Part shown: positions 59,380 to 64,000 of the stretch, in pieces | How the letters are laid out: every line of letters begins with the position of its first letter | Position numbering within the stretch: the first letter of the stretch is position 1 | Origin: Sedimentisphaerales bacterium | GTDB taxonomy: Bacteria; Planctomycetota; Phycisphaerae; Sedimentisphaerales; SM23-30 | Direction of reading: 5' to 3' | Assembly (NCBI GenBank): GCA_963663965.2 | Contig: CAXXFK010000006.1 | Location: 1 to 64,000 of the forward strand | DNA length: 64,000 bases | Program-made: the position numbers and the translations under genes | Notes under the pieces: model-generated | What the model saw: only the letters and a program-made list of their open reading frames with translations | The model's database searches: none | What the model was told of the DNA's origin: nothing

Positions 59380-62121
59380 TCAGTGTGCCGTATCCATCGC
59401 CTGGGTATCATCCGACGATTCATCTTTGGCCTTGGCTTCTTCGGTGAGTTGTTTGATCCGGTCGCGTAATTGTTCGATTTGCTGCCTCAGGGTGTCGATG
59501 ATCTTGTCTTTTTCCTGCTGCTGTTGCCGGGTGCTCTGGCTTTCTTTAACGGCGGTTTCGACTTTCTTCCGTAAGGCGTCGGCTTCCTGTTCGGCTTTGG
59601 CGATGGTGGCTTTAAGTTGGGCCTGGATCTGCTCAACCTGAACACGAGTCTTTTCACTGAGTGTCTTTAAATCGCCAGTTTCTTTTTCTTTCGTCTGAAG
59701 TTGTTCTTTTAATTGCGCGGCTTCCGCGGCAGCTTTATTCAGGGCGGCCTGCAATTGTTCTTTTAACACCGCCACTTGTTGTGTCGTTCGGTCGGCCAGG
59801 CTCTTTAGTTCCTGCTTTTCCTGGGTGGTGACATTGGTTTTATCCTGCCAGGTTTTCACCTCTTTCAACCGTTCTTCCAGTTGATTTCGAAGTTTGGTTA
59901 TTTCCTGATTCAGTTGCTGACCGGATTGTTCTTTGTCTTTAGTCGCCGTTTGTAATTGTTTGGCCGAAGTCTCAAGCTCGGCCTGCAATTGCTTGATTTT
60001 TGCCTCGGCCATTTCATGAAGACGATTCTTTTCGTCCGTGGCGCTTTTCAGTGCGGATTCCATTTTCTTCAGGTTCTGCTGCAACTCATTGAGCCGGTTT
60101 TGATTCTGTTCGCCGGCGCTGTTTTTTTCCTGGGTTAAGGTCTCATTCTGTTGCCGCAAAACCTGAAGTTCCGACTCAAGTTTTTGATTGGCCTGGGCCA
60201 GCGCTTCCTGTTCATTCTTGAATCTTTCCGCCGTTTCAGTCAAATCCATTTCCAGTTCATGGATCCGATTGGCGCTTCGTTCACCGGATTGATTTTTTTC
60301 CTGTAAAATGTCTTCATGCTTTGCTTGCAGGTTTTTAAGTTCGACTTCCAGTGCTTGCCGGATTTTTGTGGTTTCAACCAGTTTGGCCTGGGTGTCAGCC
60401 AGTGTCTTATTGGTTTGGTCCAGTTTGGTCTGCAGGGCCTGACTGTTGCCGGATTCTTTTATTTCCTTTTTTAACTGCCCGATTGCCGCTTGCAGTGCTT
60501 TAATCTCTGCTTCCAGCCGGGATTTCTCTTCCATGACGCGGTTCAGTTTTTCGACCATATCCCGGCATTCCATTTCCAGCCGTTCCGCTTTTTCTTTGGT
60601 CTCCAGACTCCGCTGGGATGATGCTGAAACTTTCTCCATCATGCCGTGAATCTGCTGATTGATTTCATTTTGAATCCGTTCGATCTGAGCGCCCAGCCGT
60701 TCGCGAATCTGTTCGATCTGCTGACGGGTTTTTTCAATATCGCCGTGCGCCTGCCCCGATACCTCTTCCAGCCGGTTCAGTTGTTCGGCCAGATGCGATG
60801 TCTGGTTCTGGATGTCATTGGCGCGATCGGTCAGTTCCTTAACCACATCCCGGGCATGCTGCAATTGACCGGTGGCCCATTCCCGAATGTCTCGTTCAGA
60901 AATCTCCAGCCGCTGATGTAATCCATCAAACCGTTCGTTTTGCTTGTCAAACTGCCGTTCAAATTCCTGGATCTGGCGGCCAAACTGTTCTTCCATCGCG
61001 CGGGATTTTTCCTGAAGTTTTTCCAGTTCCGCGCGGGCGCCTTCCTGCAGTTTCTGGATGGCGTTCTGAATCGAAGCCAGCCGTTCTTCCAGTTCTTGCT
61101 GTTGGGCTTGCGTTTGCTGCCGCAGATCCGCCACGGCAGTATCCACCTTTTCAAACCGGTGATCGTTAGTCAACCGACTGGTTTCCGCCGTTAACCGCAG
61201 ATCTTCCAGGCGTTGACGCATATCGCCGAAGGTCATGTCCACTTTCTCGACCGTTTTTTCGATCTGGTCGAGGCGGTTGCCCAGGTCCGCGTTCCAGTCA
61301 TCCAGTTCATCGATCCGCCGACCGGCATGGCTTGCGTCTTCACGCAAAGCCTGCATATGTTCCCGCAATTCATTCATCTGGCCATTTAACGCCTCGCGCG
61401 CGTCCGCCAGTTGCTCGACCATCTGTTGACGCATTTGATCGTTTTGTTCATTGAGGACTTTCTGAATTTCACCGATCATGGCGTGTTGTCGTTCCGCCGC
61501 TTCCCGGATCGAATCGGCGATTTTTTCAATGCGTTGCGCGTTGCGTTCCTGCGTTTCCGCCAGTTGGGCTTCGAATGCCGCACGGGTTTCATCCAGTCTG
61601 CCAGACAGGGCTTTCTGTTCTTTCGTCAGAGTTTTGACCGAGCTGGACAATTCTTTGTCTTTGGCGTTCAAACGGGCCACCGCGTCTTTCATTTTGGCAG
61701 CCAGTTGTTCGCTGCGTTCCATCAATTCATCATCGCGCTGCGCCTGTTCCGTCAGACGGGTGGTGTTGGCGGTGATCGCCTTTTCAGCGCCCGCCTGCCA
61801 GCCGGCCATCTGCTCTTTATCACGTTCGTGGCGCGTGATCATTTCTTTCAAAGCAGCATCCTGATTCCGGTCATATTTCTCAGAATCCAGAACGGAGCGA
61901 TCCAGTTTTTTGTCTGTGGTTGTTATTTGCACGGCCAGTTCATCCCGTTCCCGCTGGGCTTCATGCAGCGTTTCCTGGGTATAGTCCTGATGAACCTGCT
62001 GTACCTGCATCTGACCTTGCAAATCGGATATCTGGTTTTGCAAATTCATGATCTGGTCGTTGTAGCAACCTGTCAATACGGTTGCAAGGATGATGGATAT
62101 TAGCGCGCTGAAATATTTCAT
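59380..62121 (-). CDS. 913-aa lipoprotein, almost entirely coiled coil
   Basis: Lipobox VLTGC; E/Q/K/R/L/A-rich heptad sequence with no proline seen; AGGAGG RBS. Confidence 0.85.
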   Translation of the reverse strand: MKYFSALISIILATVLTGCYNDQIMNLQNQISDLQGQMQVQQVHQDYTQETLHEAQRERDELAVQITTTDKKLDRSVLDSEKYDRNQDAALKEMITRHERDKEQMAGWQAGAEKAITANTTRLTEQAQRDDELMERSEQLAAKMKDAVARLNAKDKELSSSVKTLTKEQKALSGRLDETRAAFEAQLAETQERNAQRIEKIADSIREAAERQHAMIGEIQKVLNEQNDQMRQQMVEQLADAREALNGQMNELREHMQALREDASHAGRRIDELDDWNADLGNRLDQIEKTVEKVDMTFGDMRQRLEDLRLTAETSRLTNDHRFEKVDTAVADLRQQTQAQQQELEERLASIQNAIQKLQEGARAELEKLQEKSRAMEEQFGRQIQEFERQFDKQNERFDGLHQRLEISERDIREWATGQLQHARDVVKELTDRANDIQNQTSHLAEQLNRLEEVSGQAHGDIEKTRQQIEQIRERLGAQIERIQNEINQQIHGMMEKVSASSQRSLETKEKAERLEMECRDMVEKLNRVMEEKSRLEAEIKALQAAIGQLKKEIKESGNSQALQTKLDQTNKTLADTQAKLVETTKIRQALEVELKNLQAKHEDILQEKNQSGERSANRIHELEMDLTETAERFKNEQEALAQANQKLESELQVLRQQNETLTQEKNSAGEQNQNRLNELQQNLKKMESALKSATDEKNRLHEMAEAKIKQLQAELETSAKQLQTATKDKEQSGQQLNQEITKLRNQLEERLKEVKTWQDKTNVTTQEKQELKSLADRTTQQVAVLKEQLQAALNKAAAEAAQLKEQLQTKEKETGDLKTLSEKTRVQVEQIQAQLKATIAKAEQEADALRKKVETAVKESQSTRQQQQEKDKIIDTLRQQIEQLRDRIKQLTEEAKAKDESSDDTQAMDTAH

Positions 62122-62134
62122 GGCTGCCTCCTGG

Positions 62135-62815
62135 TTATGGGGTCACAATCTTGTCTGAAGGTTGATGTTGTTTAGGCGTAACAGGGATCGACTCAATCGT
62201 TGAAGAGCGAAGACGGTCCGCATGACAAAATGAACAAAGATACTCCTCCTCGCCATTGCTGTTCCTGGTTAGCTGCAAATCAGCCGGCTGGGTTTCCCGG
62301 CCGCAGCTATCGCAGAAAAAACGGCTGGAGTTGGGCGATGGGGTGCTCAGGTCGGTTGGAAAGTAGTTAATCAGCCTGGCGACCAGTTCGCTACGCATAT
62401 GACGCGTGACCGGTGAATCCCAGCGTCTCATCCGAATGAAAAACCGGATCAGATAGCCAATGACCACCAGATTAATGATAAGAAAGAGAAATAAAAATGC
62501 CTGCATGCCCGGCGTTAATTGTCCGAGCAAAAGTGAAATGCTTAAACCGGTAAAGGTCAAAAATAAATACTCGCACATCACCCAGACAATCAACATTAAT
62601 GAGGAGTCACCGCTCTGGCGGATTCGAAAGATTCCGAAACCGGTTACTCCCATCAGCACCAGTGTAATTATGACCAGCATCAGATAGGCATATTCGACCG
62701 GTAACGCCTGAACAATCCATATGCTGCCAACAACATAGGGTAGCAGACACACGATGACAAGAATCTCCCAGAACAGTTCTTTGACCATCGTCACCGCTCT
62801 CTCAATTCGAATCAT
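62135..62815 (-). CDS. Hypothetical 4-TM membrane protein with a C-terminal CxxC...CxxC zinc-ribbon-like motif
   Basis: Four hydrophobic segments; FCDSCG...LCSFC. Start may be 62788. Confidence 0.7.
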   Translation of the reverse strand: MIRIERAVTMVKELFWEILVIVCLLPYVVGSIWIVQALPVEYAYLMLVIITLVLMGVTGFGIFRIRQSGDSSLMLIVWVMCEYLFLTFTGLSISLLLGQLTPGMQAFLFLFLIINLVVIGYLIRFFIRMRRWDSPVTRHMRSELVARLINYFPTDLSTPSPNSSRFFCDSCGRETQPADLQLTRNSNGEEEYLCSFCHADRLRSSTIESIPVTPKQHQPSDKIVTP

Positions 62816-63074
62816 CCGCGCGATTCTGATAAGGCTTGATTTTATAAAGTGCGTTCATCAATATCCCGGTTTTATTTATCAGGACCGGTTTCCAGTTTTG
62901 CCGGTTTGAATCACTGGTTATGCCGATAAATCATCAAAACGTTATTAGTCATTATATGATAATGGTTTCAGATAACTTTGGCCATAACATTCTTAAATAG
63001 CTTATTTGACAAAATGCACGCTGTAACTTGCTATAAAACAGAGTGTTACAATACGAGGAGATGCCCGGCTGAGT

Positions 63075-64000
63075 TTAATTGTCAAAGACAAGATTCTTGA
63101 TAAACGCATTGGTCTGAATAGCCGTTTGGGATAAGGCGGTTATAATTCGCCCGTTTGCACGGACATTCCGGCAGGTAATATTGGTAATATTGTCCTGGTC
63201 ACTGGCGCCGCTCAATTGGTTTCCAATGTCACTGGCATCGCAATTCAAGGTGATATTCTCCATACTCAAATCGGCTACCCGGCAGATTTCGGCATCACTG
63301 TCCAGTCGATCCGGTAAAACAATGTTGATCAATCCGGAATGATCCAACATGCAATTTTGAATAACAATGTCATCGAGAATACCTCCGGTGGGCCGGGCCG
63401 AAATAAATCCCATTTCACTGTTACTCAGACTATGCAGATTTTCCACGACGATATGATGCACTGACTGATGACTCAGGCGACTCAATACCAGATCGCCACC
63501 CATGCGTCCGGTTCCCCACAGCAATGATTTGCGGATCGTGACATTTTCAATTCTGTCGTCAATCCGATTTATCGTAGCATTTAAACCGGCTTTGTTTTTT
63601 TTATCCAGGTCGGCAAAAACAATTCGATCCCGGTTGCTGGCAATGACACAATCCTCTACGGTAATATTCTGTCCGTTGATATGAATCCCATCGCATCCTT
63701 CTACTCCTGCTCCATATAATTTCAGGTTCCGAATCTCGCCGCCGGCACAACCATCCAGATCCAACTGACAACCCGGACTTGAAATAATACCAATGCCTTC
63801 AATTCGGAAATTCTGGCAATCTCGCAAAACAATGCCGGCCTGATCCGTTTTCTGATCCGGCACGCTGGCGCCCGCGGCAAAATCCTGCGCCAGTACCCCT
63901 CTGCCCAGTATGGCGACATCGCGATAACCTCGCGCTTCGATAGTCGCTTCCACGACGGCGCCGGCTTCAAGGTACACTGTTTTAATCCCGTTCTGAAATG
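63075..64000 (-). CDS. Parallel beta-helix (GH28/pectin-lyase-like) carbohydrate-active protein, 5' end outside window
   Basis: Frame open to the window edge (FQNGIKTVYLEAGAVV); ILGRGVL, DGIHI..NITVEDC..DRI, ENVTIR repeats. Confidence 0.7.
   Translation of the reverse strand, partial: FQNGIKTVYLEAGAVVEATIEARGYRDVAILGRGVLAQDFAAGASVPDQKTDQAGIVLRDCQNFRIEGIGIISSPGCQLDLDGCAGGEIRNLKLYGAGVEGCDGIHINGQNITVEDCVIASNRDRIVFADLDKKNKAGLNATINRIDDRIENVTIRKSLLWGTGRMGGDLVLSRLSHQSVHHIVVENLHSLSNSEMGFISARPTGGILDDIVIQNCMLDHSGLINIVLPDRLDSDAEICRVADLSMENITLNCDASDIGNQLSGASDQDNITNITCRNVRANGRIITALSQTAIQTNAFIKNLVFDN

Noticed and set aside
59380..62121. SMC/SbcC chromosome protein
   Set aside because: No Walker A/B motifs or hinge; it carries a lipoprotein signal.
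63022..63050. TGTAAC-N17-GTTACA inverted repeat as an operator
   Set aside because: Single 6-bp instance with no second site seen; plausible by chance.
1..64000. rRNA, tRNA, diversity-generating retroelement, defence systems, prophage
   Set aside because: No tRNA cloverleaf, rRNA, reverse transcriptase, TR/VR pair, or defence or phage genes recognised by eye; covariance and HMM searches would be needed to exclude them fully.

Overview
Bacterial window. The gene content (prepilin-type H-X9-DG proteins, a PEP-CTERM protein, GLUG/LamG/lamin-tail secreted proteins with dockerin-like tags, Rnf) points to an anaerobic Planctomycetota, most likely Phycisphaerae/Sedimentisphaerales; this assignment is an inference. 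Housekeeping genes: dapL-prmC-murA-FAH hydrolase-oxidoreductase, an rnhB-like gene, rnfCDGEAB, xylA, xseB, uvrD/pcrA, guaB, ilvB-ilvB-ilvN-ilvC and a stand-alone groES. Accessory content: about seven large secreted multidomain proteins (one split by a complete 1322-bp IS3 element with a GAG target duplication, one frameshifted at a C6 run), a Tat sulfatase, an S1/P1 nuclease and a 913-aa coiled-coil lipoprotein. Best candidates for novelty: (1) a 71-nt structured leader RNA conserved with compensatory changes upstream of both tandem ilvB paralogs; (2) a recurring module of a dockerin-tagged secreted protein followed by a prepilin-like gene, plus strong D/E-P-N enrichment in exported proteins; (3) a glycogen-synthase-like protein that has lost its catalytic EX7E motif; (4) a 168-bp MITE upstream of rnfC; (5) a 1.4-kb non-coding mosaic of several short-repeat families. 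No rRNA, tRNA or CRISPR array was recognised. All family calls come from reading motifs by eye; no searches were run.
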